Part shown: positions 1-15,000 of the stretch, one piece after another | Numbering within the stretch: position 1 is the first letter of the stretch | How the letters are laid out: the number at the start of each line of letters is the position of its first letter | Source: Auanema rhodensis | Taxonomy: Eukaryota; Animalia; Nematoda | Assembly (NCBI GenBank): GCA_964057225.1 | Contig: OZ059900.1 | Location: 12,896,001-12,960,000 of the forward strand | Length of the DNA stretch: 64,000 nucleotides | Direction: 5' to 3' | Notes under the pieces: generated by a model | The model's database searches: none | What the model was told of the DNA's origin: nothing | What the model saw: the letters and a program-made list of their open reading frames with translations, nothing else | Program-made: the position numbers and the translations under genes

Positions 1-3000
1 ATCAATATTTGATATATTATATATGTAGTAGATATACATTCATCATAAACAATACTTTTTAACAAAATCTTTTCACAATTTATTATTTTACAGAAATCAA
101 CAACAGAAAAGAAAAATAATTTAGTCTCAATAATAAGAGTTAAAACATAACTAATATAAAACAGAAACCAAATAGTCTATAGATATGAAACATACGTGAC
201 AGTTATCTGTTGAAGTTAATTAGGATTCCATTGTTAGGTTTATATCAAATTTCAGTTTACTTATCATAAATTAATTCAAGTAATCAGAAGAGATTCTGAT
301 TTATTTTCAATTAGATTCTTAGTTATCTTCTTAGTTACAATACTCATTCGTTAAAACTATCAATATTTGATATATTATATATGTAATAGATATACATTCA
401 TCATAAACAATACTTTTTAACAAAATCTTTTCACAATTTATTATTTTACAGAAATCAACAACAGAAAAGAAAAATAATTTAGTCTCAATAATAAGAGTTA
501 AAACATAACTAATATAAAACAGAAACCAAATAGTCTATAGATATGAAACATACGTGACAGTTATCTGTTGAAGTTAAATAGGATTCCATTGTTAAGTTTA
601 CTTCAAATTTTAGTTTACTTATCATAAATTAATTCAAGTAATCAGAAGAGATTCTGATTTATTTTCAATTAGATTCTTAGTTATCTTCTTAGTTACAATA
701 CTCATTCGTTAAAACTATCAATATTTGATATATTATATATGTAATAGATATACATTCATCATAAACAATACTTTTTAACAAAATCTTTTCACAATTTATT
801 ATTTTACAGAAATCAACAACAGAAAAGAAAAATAATTTAGTCTCAATAATAAGAGTTAAAACATAACTAATATAAAACAGAAACCAAATAAGCTATAGAT
901 ATGAAACATACGTGACAGTTATCTGTTGAAGTTAATTAGGATTCCATTGTTAGGTTTATATCAAATTTCAGTTTACTTATCATAAATTAATTCAAGTAAT
1001 CAGAAGAGATTCTGATTTATTTTCAATTAGATTCTTAGTTATCTTCTTAGTTACAATACTCATTCGTTAAAACTATCAATATTTGATATATTATATATGT
1101 AATAGATATACATTCATCATAAACAATACTTTTTAACAAAATCTTTTCACAATTTATTATTTTACAGAAATCAACAACAGAAAAGAAAAATAATTTAGTC
1201 TCAATAATAAGAGTTAAAACATAACTAATATAAAACAGAAACCAAATAGTCTATAGATATGAAACATACGTGACAGTTATCTGTTGAAGTTAAATAGGAT
1301 TCCATTGTTAAGTTTACTTCAAATTTTAGTTTACTTATCATAAATTAATTCAAGTAATCAGAAGAGATTCTGATTTATTTTCAATTAGATTCTTAGTTAT
1401 CTTCTTAGTTACAATACTCATTCGTTAAAACTATCAATATTTGATATATTATATATGTAATAGATATACATTCATCATAAACAATACTTTTTAACAAAAT
1501 CTTTTCACAATTTATTATTTTACAGAAATCAACAACAGAAAAGAAAAATAATTTAGTCTCAATAATAAGAGTTAAAACATAACTAATATAAAACAGAAAC
1601 CAAATAAGCTATAGATATGAAACATACGTGACAGTTATCTGTTGAAGTTAATTAGGATTCCATTGTTAGGTTTATATCAAATTTCAGTTTACTTATCATA
1701 AATTAATTCAAGTAATCAGAAGAGATTCTGATTTATTTTCAATTAGATTCTTAGTTATCTTCTTAGTTACAATACTCATTCGTTAAAACTATCAATATTT
1801 GATATATTATATATGTAATAGATATACATTCATCATAAACAATACTTTTTAACAAAATCTTTTCACAATTTATTATTTTACAGAAATCAACAACAGAAAA
1901 GAAAAATAATTTAGTCTCAATAATAAGAGTTAAAACATAACTAATATAAAACAGAAACCAAATAGTCTATAGATATGAAACATACGTGACAGTTATCTGT
2001 TGAAGTTAAATAGGATTCCATTGTTAAGTTTACTTCAAATTTTAGTTTACTTATCATAAATTAATTCAAGTAATCAGAAGAGATTCTGATTTATTTTCAA
2101 TTAGATTCTTAGTTATCTTCTTAGTTACAATACTCATTCGTTAAAACTATCAATATTTGATATATTATATATGTAATAGATATACATTCATCATAAACAA
2201 TACTTTTTAACAAAATCTTTTCACAATTTATTATTTTACAGAAATCAACAACAGAAAAGAAAAATAATTTAGTCTCAATAATAAGAGTTAAAACATAACT
2301 AATATAAAACAGAAACCAAATAGTCTATAAATATGAAACATACGTGACAGTTATCTGTTGAAGTTAAATAGGATTCCATTGTTAAGTTTACTTCAAATTT
2401 TAGTTTACTTATCATAAATTAATTCAAGTAATCAGAAGAGATTCTGATTTATTTTCAATTAGATTCTTAGTTATCTTCTTAGTTACAATACTCATTCGTT
2501 AAAACTATCAATATTTGATATATTATATATGTAATAGATATACATTCATCATAAACAATACTTTTTAACAAAATCTTTTCACAATTTATTATTTTACAGA
2601 AATCAACAACAGAAAAGAAAAATAATTTAGTCTCAATAATAAGAGTTAAAACATAACTAATATAAAACAGAAACCAAATAGTCTATAAATATGAAACATA
2701 CGTGACAGTTATCTGTTGAAGTTAAATAGGATTCCATTGTTAAGTTTACTTCAAATTTTAGTTTACTTATCATAAATTAATTCAAGTAATCAGAAGAGAT
2801 TCTGATTTATTTTCAATTAGATTCTTAGTTATCTTCTTAGTTACAATACTCATTCGTTAAAACTATCAATATTTGATATATTATATATGTAATAGATATA
2901 CATTCATCATAAACAATACTTTTTAACAAAATCTTTTCACAATTTATTATTTTACAGAAATCAACAACAGAAAAGAAAAATAATTTAGTCTCAATAATAA

Positions 3001-6000
3001 GAGTTAAAACATAACTAATATAAAACAGAAACCAAATAGTCTATAAATATGAAACATACGTGACAGTTATCTGTTGGAGTTAAATAGGATTCCATTGTTA
3101 AGTTTACTTCAAATTTTAGTTTACTTATCATAAATTAATTCAAGTAATCAGAAGAGATTCTGATTTATTTTCAATTAGATTCTTAGTTATCTTCTTAGTT
3201 ACAATACTCATTCGTTAAAACTATCAATATTTGATATATTATATATGTAATAGATATACATTCATCATAAACAATACTTTTTAACAAAATCTTTTCACAA
3301 TTTATTATTTTACAGAAATCAACAACAGAAAAGAAAAATAATTTAGTCTCAATAATAAGAGTTAAAACATAACTAATATAAAACAGAAACCAAATAGTCT
3401 ATAAATATGAAACATACGTGACAGTTATCTGTTGAAGTTAAATAGGATTCCATTGTTAAGTTTACTTCAAATTTTAGTTTACTTATCATAAATTAATTCA
3501 AGTAATCAGAAGAGATTCTGATTTATTTTCAATTAGATTCTTAGTTATCTTCTTAGTTACAATACTCATTCGTTAAAACTATCAATATTTGATATATTAT
3601 ATATGTAATAGATATACATTCATCATAAACAATACTTTTTAACAAAATCTTTTCACAATTTATTATTTTACAGAAATCAACAACAGAAAAGAAAAATAAT
3701 TTAGTCTCAATAATAAGAGTTAAAACATAACTAATATAAAACAGAAACCAATTAGTCTATAAATATGAAACATACGTGACAGTTATCTGTTGAAGTTAAA
3801 TAGGATTCCATTGTTAAGTTTACTTCAAATTTTAGTTTACTTATCATAAATTAATTCAAGTAATCAGAAGAGATTCTGATTTATTTTCAATTAGATTCTT
3901 AGTTATCTTCTTAGTTACAATACTCATTCGTTAAAACTATCAATATTTGATATATTATATATGTAATAGATATACATTCATCATAAACAATACTGTTTAA
4001 CAAAATCTTTTCACAATTTATTATTTTACAGAAATCAACAACAGAAAAGAAAAATAATTTAGTCTCAATAATAAGAGTTAAAACATAACTAATATAAAAC
4101 AGAAACCAAATAGTCTATAAATATGAAACATACGTGACAGTTATCTGTTGAAGTTAATTAGGATTCCATTGTTAAGTTTACTTCAAATTTTAGTTTACTT
4201 ATCATAAATTAATTCAAGTAATCAGAAGAGATTCTGATTTATTTTCAATTAGATTCTTAGTTATCTTCTTAGTTACAATACTCATTCGTTAAAACTATCA
4301 ATATTTGATATATTATATATGTAATAGATATACATTCATCATAAACAATACTTTTTAACAAAATCTTTTCACAATTTATTATTTTACAGAAATCAACAAC
4401 AGAAAAGAAAAATAATTTAGTCTCAATAATAAGAGTTAAAACATAACTAATATAAAACAGAAACCAAATAGTCTATAAATATGAAACATACGTGACAGTT
4501 ATCTGTTGAAGTTAATTAGGATTCCATTGTTAAGTTTACTTCAAATTTTAGTTTACTTATCATAAATTAATTCAAGTAATCAGAAGAGATTCTGATTTAT
4601 TTTCAATTAGATTCTTAGTTATCTTCTTAGTTACAATACTCATTCGTTAAAACTATCAATATTTGATATATTATATATGTAATAGATATACATTCATCAT
4701 AAACAATACTTTTTAACAAAATCTTTTCACAATTTATTATTTTACAGAAATCAACAACAGAAAAGAAAAATAATTTAGTCTCAATAATAAGAGTTAAAAC
4801 ATAACTAATATAAAACAGAAACCAAATAGTCTATAAATATGAAACATACGTGACAGTTATCTGTTGAAGTTAATTAGGATTCCATTGTTAAGTTTACTTC
4901 AAATTTTAGTTTACTTATCATAAATTAATTCAAGTAATCAGAAGAGATTCTGATTTATTTTCAATTAGATTCTTAGTTATCTTCTTAGTTACAATACTCA
5001 TTCGTTAAAACTATCAATATTTGATATATTATATATGTAATAGATATACATTCATCATAAACAATACTTTTTAACAAAATCTTTTCACAATTTATTATTT
5101 TACAGAAATCAACAACAGAAAAGAAAAATAATTTAGTCTCAATAATAAGAGTTAAAACATAACTAATATAAAACAGAAACCAAATAGTCTATAAATATGA
5201 AACATACGTGACAGTTATCTGTTGAAGTTAATTAGGATTCCATTGTTAAGTTTACTTCAAATTTTAGTTTACTTATCATAAATTAATTCAAGTAATCAGA
5301 AGAGATTCTGATTTATTTTCAATTAGATTCTTAGTTATCTTCTTAGTTACAATACTCATTCGTTAAAACTATCAATATTTGATATATTATATATGTAATA
5401 GATATACATTCATCATAAACAATACTTTTTAACAAAATCTTTTCACAATTTATTATTTTACAGAAATCAACAACAGAAAAGAAAAATAATTTAGTCTCAA
5501 TAATAAGAGTTAAAACATAACTAATATAAAACAGAAACCAAATAGTCTATAAATATGAAACATACGTGACAGTTATCTGTTGAAGTTAATTAGGATTCCA
5601 TTGTTAAGTTTACTTCAAATTTTAGTTTACTTATCATAAATTAATTCAAGTAATCAGAAGAGATTCTGATTTATTTTCAATTAGATTCTTAGTTATCTTC
5701 TTAGTTACAATACTCATTCGTTAAAACTATCAATATTTGATATATTATATATGTAATAGATATACATTCATCATAAACAATACTTTTTAACAAAATCTTT
5801 TCACAATTTATTATTTTACAGAAATCAACAACAGAAAAGAAAAATAATTTAGTCTCAATAATAAGAGTTAAAACATAACTAATATAAAACAGAAACCAAA
5901 TAGTCTATAAATATGAAACATACGTGACAGTTATCTGTTGAAGTTAAATAGGATTCCATTGTTAAGTTTACTTCAAATTTTAGTTTACTTATCATAAATT

Positions 6001-9000
6001 AATTCAAGTAATCAGAAGAGATTCTGATTTATTTTCAATTAGATTCTTAGTTATCTTCTTAGTTACAATACTCATTCGTTAAAACTATCAATATTTGATA
6101 TATTATATATGTAATAGATATACATTCATCATAAACAATACTTTTTAACAAAATCTTTTCACAATTTATTATTTTACAGAAATCAACAACAGAAAAGAAA
6201 AATAATTTAGTCTCAATAATAAGAGTTAAAACATAACTAATATAAAACAGAAACCAAATAGTCTATAAATATGAAACATACGTGACAGTTATCTGTTGAA
6301 GTTAAATAGGATTCCATTGTTAAGTTTACTTCAAATTTTAGTTTACTTATCATAAATTAATTCAAGTAATCAGAAGAGATTCTGATTTATTTTCAATTAG
6401 ATTCTTAGTTATCTTCTTAGTTACAATACTCATTCGTTAAAACTATCAATATTTGATATATTATATATGTAATAGATATACATTCATCATAAACAATACT
6501 TTTTAACAAAATCTTTTCACAATTTATTATTTTACAGAAATCAACAACAGAAAAGAAAAATAATTTAGTCTCAATAATAAGAGTTAAAACATAACTAATA
6601 TAAAACAGAAACCAAATAAGCTATAGATATGAAACATACGTGACAGTTATCTGTTGAAGTTAAATAGGATTCCATTGTTAAGTTTACTTCAAATTTTAGT
6701 TTACTTATCATAAATTAATTCAAGTAATCAGAAGAGATTCTGATTTATTTTCAATTAGATTCTTAGTTATCTTCTTAGTTACAATACTCATTCGTTAAAA
6801 CTATCAATATTTGATATATTATATATGTAATAGATATACATTCATCATAAACAATACTTTTTAACAAAATCTTTTCACAATTTATTATTTTACAGAAATC
6901 AACAACAGAAAAGAAAAATAATTTAGTCTCAATAATAAGAGTTAAAACATAACTAATATAAAACAGAAACCAAATAGTCTATAAATATGAAACATACGTG
7001 ACAGTTATCTGTTGAAGTTAAATAGGATTCCATTGTTAAGTTTACTTCAAATTTTAGTTTACTTATCATAAATTAATTCAAGTAATCAGAAGAGATTCTG
7101 ATTTATTTTCAATTAGATTCTTAGTTATCTTCTTAGTTACAATACTCATTCGTTAAAACTATCAATATTTGATATATTATATATGTAATAGATATACATT
7201 CATCATAAACAATACTTTTTAACAAAATCTTTTCACAATTTATTATTTTACAGAAATCAACAACAGAAAAGAAAAATAATTTAGTCTCAATAATAAGAGT
7301 TAAAACATAACTAATATAAAACAGAAACCAAATAAGCTATAGATATGAAACATACGTGACAGTTATCTGTTGAAGTTAAATAGGATTCCATTGTTAAGTT
7401 TACTTCAAATTTTAGTTTACTTATCATAAATTAATTCAAGTAATCAGAAGAGATTCTGATTTATTTTCAATTAGATTCTTAGTTATCTTCTTAGTTACAA
7501 TACTCATTCGTTAAAACTATCAATATTTGATATATTATATATGTAATAGATATACATTCATCATAAACAATACTTTTTAACAAAATCTTTTCACAATTTA
7601 TTATTTTACAGAAATCAACAACAGAAAAGAAAAATAATTTAGTCTCAATAATAAGAGTTAAAACATAACTAATATAAAACAGAAACCAAATAGTCTATAA
7701 ATATGAAACATACGTGACAGTTATCTGTTGAAGTTAATTAGGATTCCATTGTTAAGTTTACTTCAAATTTTAGTTTACTTATCATAAATTAATTCAAGTA
7801 ATCAGAAGAGATTCTGATTTATTTTCAAATTGATTCTTAGTTATCTTCTTAGTTACAATACTCATTCGTTAAAACTATCAATATTTGATATATTATATAT
7901 GTAATAGATATACATTCATCATAAACAATACTTTTTAACAAAATCTTTTCACAATTTATTATTTTACAGAAATCAACAACAGAAAAGAAAAATAATTTAG
8001 TCTCAATAATAAGAGTTAAAACATAACTAATATAAAACAGAAACCAAATAGTCTATAAATATGAAACATACGTGACAGTTATCTGTTGAAGTTAATTAGG
8101 ATTCCATTGTTAAGTTTACTTCAAATTTTAGTTTACTTATCATAAATTAATTCAAGTAATCAGAAGAGATTCTGATTTATTTTCAATTAGATTCTTAGTT
8201 ATCTTCTTAGTTACAATACTCATTCGTTAAAACTATCAATATTTGATATATTATATATGTAATAGATATACATTCATCATAAACAATACTTTTTAACAAA
8301 ATCTTTTCACAATTTATTATTTTACAGAAATCAACAACAGAAAAGAAAAATAATTTAGTCTCAATAATAAGAGTTAAAACATAACTAATATAAAACAGAA
8401 ACCAAATAGTCTATAAATATGAAACATACGTGACAGTTATCTGTTGAAGTTAATTAGGATTCCATTGTTAAGTTTACTTCAAATTTTAGTTTACTTATCA
8501 TAAATTAATTCAAGTAATCAGAAGAGATTCTGATTTATTTTCAATTAGATTCTTAGTTATCTTCTTAGTTACAATACTCATCCGTTAAAACTATCAATAT
8601 TTGATATATTATATATGTAATAGATATACATTCATCATAAACAATACTTTTTAACAAAATCTTTTCACAATTTATTATTTTACAGAAATCAACAACAGAA
8701 AAGAAAAATAATTTAGTCTCAATAATAAGAGTTAAAACATAACTAATATAAAACAGAAACCAAATAGTCTATAAATATGAAACATACGTGACAGTTATCT
8801 GTTGAAGTTAATTAGGATTCCATTGTTAAGTTTACTTCAAATTTTAGTTTACTTATCATAAATTAATTCAAGTAATCAGAAGAGATTCTGATTTATTTTC
8901 AATTAGATTCTTAGTTATCTTCTTAGTTACAATACTCATTCGTTAAAACTATCAATATTTGATATATTATATATGTAATAGATATACATTCATCATAAAC

Positions 9001-12000
9001 AATACTTTTTAACAAAATCTTTTCACAATTTATTATTTTACAGAAATCAACAACAGAAAAGAAAAATAATTTAGTCTCAATAATAAGAGTTAAAACATAA
9101 CTAATATAAAACAGAAACCAAATAGTCTATAGATATGAAACATACGTGACAGTTATCTGTTGAAGTTAATTAGGATTCCATTGTTAGGTTTATATCAAAT
9201 TTCAGTTTACTTATCATAAATTAATTCAAGTAATCAGAAGAGATTCTGATTTATTTTCAATTAGATTCTTAGTTATCTTCTTAGTTACAATACTCATTCG
9301 TTAAAACTATCAATATTTGATATATTATATATGTAATAGATATACATTCATCATAAACAATACTTTTTAACAAAATCTTTTCACAATTTATTATTTTACA
9401 GAAATCAACAACAGAAAAGAAAAATAATTTAGTCTCAATAATAAGAGTTAAAACATAACTAATATAAAACAGAAACCAAATAAGCTATAGATATGAAACA
9501 TACGTGACAGTTATCTGTTGAAGTTAATTAGGATTCCATTGTTAAGTTTACTTCAAATTTTAGTTTACTTATCATAAATTAATTCAAGTAATCAGAAGAG
9601 ATTCTGATTTATTTTCAATTAGATTCTTAGTTATCTTCTTAGTTACAATACTCATTCGTTAAAACTATCAATATTTGATATATTATATATGTAATAGATA
9701 TACATTCATCATAAACAATACTTTTTAACAAAATCTTTTCACAATTTATTATTTTACAGAAATCAACAACAGAAAAGAAAAATAATTTAGTCTCAATAAT
9801 AAGAGTTAAAACATAACTAATATAAAACAGAAACCAAATAGTCTATAAATATGAAACATACGTGACAGTTATCTGTTGAAGTTAATTAGGATTCCATTGT
9901 TAAGTTTACTTCAAATTTTAGTTTACTTATCATAAATTAATTCAAGTAATCAGAAGAGATTCTGATTTATTTTCAATTAGATTCTTAGTTATCTTCTTAG
10001 TTACAATACTCATTCGTTAAAACTATCAATATTTGATATATTATATATGTAATAGATATACATTCATCATAAACAATACTTTTTAACAAAATCTTTTCAC
10101 AATTTATTATTTTACAGAAATCAACAACAGAAAAGAAAAATAATTTAGTCTCAATAATAAGAGTTAAAACATAACTAATATAAAACAGAAACCAAATAGT
10201 CTATAAATATGAAACATACGTGACAGTTATCTGTTGAAGTTAATTAGGATTCCATTGTTAAGTTTACTTCAAATTTTAGTTTACTTATCATAAATTAATT
10301 CAAGTAATCAGAAGAGATTCTGATTTATTTTCAATTAGATTCTTAGTTATCTTCTTAGTTACAATACTCATTCGTTAAAACTATCAATATTTGATATATT
10401 ATATATGTAATAGATATACATTCATCATAAACAATACTTTTTAACAAAATCTTTTCACAATTTATTATTTTACAGAAATCAACAACAGAAAAGAAAAATA
10501 ATTTAGTCTCAATAATAAGAGTTAAAACATAACTAATATAAAACAGAAACCAAATAGTCTATAGATATGAAACATACGTGACAGTTATCTGTTGAAGTTA
10601 ATTAGGATTCCATTGTTAGGTTTATATCAAATTTTAGTTTACTTATCATAAATTAATTCAAGTAATCAGAAGAGATTCTGATTTATTTTCAATTAGATTC
10701 TTAGTTATCTTCTTAGTTACAATACTCATTCGTTAAAACTATCAATATTTGATATATTATATATGTAATAGATATACATTCATCATAAACAATACTTTTT
10801 AACAAAATCTTTTCACAATTTATTATTTTACAGAAATCAACAACAGAAAAGAAAAATAATTTAGTCTCAATAATAAGAGTTAAAACATAACTAATATAAA
10901 ACAGAAACCAAATAGTCTATAGATATGAAACATACGTGACAGTTATCTGTTGAAGTTAATTAGGATTCCATTGTTAGGTTTATATCAAATTTTAGTTTAC
11001 TTATCATAAATTAATTCAAGTAATCAGAAGAGATTCTGATTTATTTTCAATTAGATTCTTAGTTATCTTCTTAGTTACAATACTCATTCGTTAAAACTAT
11101 CAATATTTGATATATTATATATGTAATAGATATACATTCATCATAAACAATACTTTTTAACAAAATCTTTTCACAATTTATTATTTTACAGAAATCAACA
11201 ACAGAAAAGAAAAATAATTTAGTCTCAATAATAAGAGTTAAAACATAACTAATATAAAACAGAAACCAAATAGTCTATAGATATGAAACATACGTGACAG
11301 TTATCTGTTGAAGTTAATTAGGATTCCATTGTTAGGTTTATATCAAATTTTAGTTTACTTATCATAAATTAATTCAAGTAATCAGAAGAGATTCTGATTT
11401 ATTTTCAATTAGATTCTTAGTTATCTTCTTAGTTACAATACTCATTCGTTAAAACTATCAATATTTGATATATTATATATGTAATAGATATACATTCATC
11501 ATAAACAATACTTTTTAACAAAATCTTTTCACAATTTATTATTTTACAGAAATCAACAACAGAAAAGAAAAATAATTTAGTCTCAATAATAAGAGTTAAA
11601 ACATAACTAATATAAAACAGAAACCAAATAGTCTATAGATATGAAACATACGTGACAGTTATCTGTTGAAGTTAATTAGGATTCCATTGTTAGGTTTATA
11701 TCAAATTTTAGTTTACTTATCATAAATTAATTCAAGTAATCAGAAGAGATTCTGATTTATTTTCAATTAGATTCTTAGTTATCTTCTTAGTTACAATACT
11801 CATTCGTTAAAACTATCAATATTTGATATATTATATATGTAATAGATATACATTCATCATAAACAATACTTTTTAACAAAATCTTTTCACAATTTATTAT
11901 TTTACAGAAATCAACAACAGAAAAGAAAAATAATTTAGTCTCAATAATAAGAGTTAAAACATAACTAATATAAAACAGAAACCAAATAGTCTATAGATAT

Positions 12001-15000
12001 GAAACATACGTGACAGTTATCTGTTGAAGTTAATTAGGATTCCATTGTTAGGTTTATATCAAATTTTAGTTTACTTATCATAAATTAATTCAAGTAATCA
12101 GAAGAGATTCTGATTTATTTTCAATTAGATTCTTAGTTATCTTCTTAGTTACAATACTCATTCGTTAAAACTATCAATATTTGATATATTATATATGTAA
12201 TAGATATACATTCATCATAAACAATACTTTTTAACAAAATCTTTTCACAATTTATTATTTTACAGAAATCAACAACAGAAAAGAAAAATAATTTAGTCTC
12301 AATAATAAGAGTTAAAACATAACTAATATAAAACAGAAACCAAATAGTCTATAGATATGAAACATACGTGACAGTTATCTGTTGAAGTTAATTAGGATTC
12401 CATTGTTAGGTTTATATCAAATTTTAGTTTACTTATCATAAATTAATTCAAGTAATCAGAAGAGATTCTGATTTATTTTCAATTAGATTCTTAGTTATCT
12501 TCTTAGTTACAATACTCATTCGTTAAAACTATCAATATTTGATATATTATATATGTAATAGATATACATTCATCATAAACAATACTTTTTAACAAAATCT
12601 TTTCACAATTTATTATTTTACAGAAATCAACAACAGAAAAGAAAAATAATTTAGTCTCAATAATAAGAGTTAAAACATAACTAATATAAAACAGAAACCA
12701 AATAGTCTATAGATATGAAACATACGTGACAGTTATCTGTTGAAGTTAATTAGGATTCCATTGTTAGGTTTATATCAAATTTTAGTTTACTTATCATAAA
12801 TTAATTCAAGTAATCAGAAGAGATTCTGATTTATTTTCAATTAGATTCTTAGTTATCTTCTTAGTTACAATACTCATTCGTTAAAACTATCAATATTTGA
12901 TATATTATATATGTAATAGATATACATTCATCATAAACAATACTTTTTAACAAAATCTTTTCACAATTTATTATTTTACAGAAATCAACAACAGAAAAGA
13001 AAAATAATTTAGTCTCAATAATAAGAGTTAAAACATAACTAATATAAAACAGAAACCAAATAGTCTATAGATATGAAACATACGTGACAGTTATCTGTTG
13101 AAGTTAATTAGGATTCCATTGTTAGGTTTATATCAAATTTTAGTTTACTTATCATAAATTAATTCAAGTAATCAGAAGAGATTCTGATTTATTTTCAATT
13201 AGATTCTTAGTTATCTTCTTAGTTACAATACTCATTCGTTAAAACTATCAATATTTGATATATTATATATGTAATAGATATACATTCATCATAAACAATA
13301 CTTTTTAACAAAATCTTTTCACAATTTATTATTTTACAGAAATCAACAACAGAAAAGAAAAATAATTTAGTCTCAATAATAAGAGTTAAAACATAACTAA
13401 TATAAAACAGAAACCAAATAGTCTATAAATATGAAACATACGTGACAGTTATCTGTTGAAGTTAATTAGGATTCCATTGTTAAGTTTACTTCAAATTTTA
13501 GTTTACTTATCATAAATTAATTCAAGTAATCAGAAGAGATTCTGATTTATTTTCAATTAGATTCTTAGTTATCTTCTTAGTTACAATACTCATTCGTTAA
13601 AACTATCAATATTTGATATATTATATATATAATAGATATACATTCATCATAAACAATACTTTTTAACAAAATCTTTTCACAATTTATTATTTTACAGAAA
13701 TCAACAACAGAAAAGAAAAATAATTTAGTCTCAATAATAAGAGTTAAAACATAACTAATATAAAACAGAAACCAAATAGTCTATAAATATGAAACATACG
13801 TGACAGTTATCTGTTGAAGTTAATTAGGATTCCATTGTTAAGTTTACTTCAAATTTTAGTTTACTTATCATAAATTAATTCAAGTAATCAGAAGAGATTC
13901 TGATTTATTTTCAATTAGATTCTTAGTTATCTTCTTAGTTACAATACTCATTCGTTAAAACTATCAATATTTGATATATTATATATGTAATAGATATACA
14001 TTCATCATAAACAATACTTTTTAACAAAATCTTTTCACAATTTATTATTTTACAGAAATCAACAACAGAAAAGAAAAATAATTTAGTCTCAATAATAAGA
14101 GTTAAAACATAACTAATATAAAACAGAAACCAAATAGTCTATAGATATGAAACATACGTGACAGTTATCTGTTGAAGTTAATTAGGATTCCATTGTTAGG
14201 TTTATATCAAATTTTAGTTTACTTATCATAAATTAATTCAAGTAATCAGAAGAGATTCTGATTTATTTTCAATTAGATTCTTAGTTATCTTCTTAGTTAC
14301 AATACTCATTCGTTAAAACTATCAATATTTGATATATTATATATGTAATAGATATACATTCATCATAAACAATACTTTTTAACAAAATCTTTTCACAATT
14401 TATTATTTTACAGAAATCAACAACAGAAAAGAAAAATAATTTAGTCTCAATAATAAGAGTTAAAACATAACTAATATAAAACAGAAACCAAATAGTCTAT
14501 AGATATGAAACATACGTGACAGTTATCTGTTGAAGTTAATTAGGATTCCATTGTTAGGTTTATATCAAATTTTAGTTTACTTATCATAAATTAATTCAAG
14601 TAATCAGAAGAGATTCTGATTTATTTTCAATTAGATTCTTAGTTATCTTCTTAGTTACAATACTCATTCGTTAAAACTATCAATATTTGATATATTATAT
14701 ATGTAATAGATATACATTCATCATAAACAATACTTTTTAACAAAATCTTTTCACAATTTATTATTTTACAGAAATCAACAACAGAAAAGAAAAATAATTT
14801 AGTCTCAATAATAAGAGTTAAAACATAACTAATATAAAACAGAAACCAAATAGTCTATAGATATGAAACATACGTGACAGTTATCTGTTGAAGTTAATTA
14901 GGATTCCATTGTTAGGTTTATATCAAATTTTAGTTTACTTATCATAAATTAATTCAAGTAATCAGAAGAGATTCTGATTTATTTTCAATTAGATTCTTAG

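Noticed and set aside
85-150. Micro-exon in the 358-bp unit (TTTTACAG|KSTTEKKNNLVSIIRVKT*)
   Set aside because: Acceptor-like words and short frames are common at 22% GC, and no coherent gene model results.
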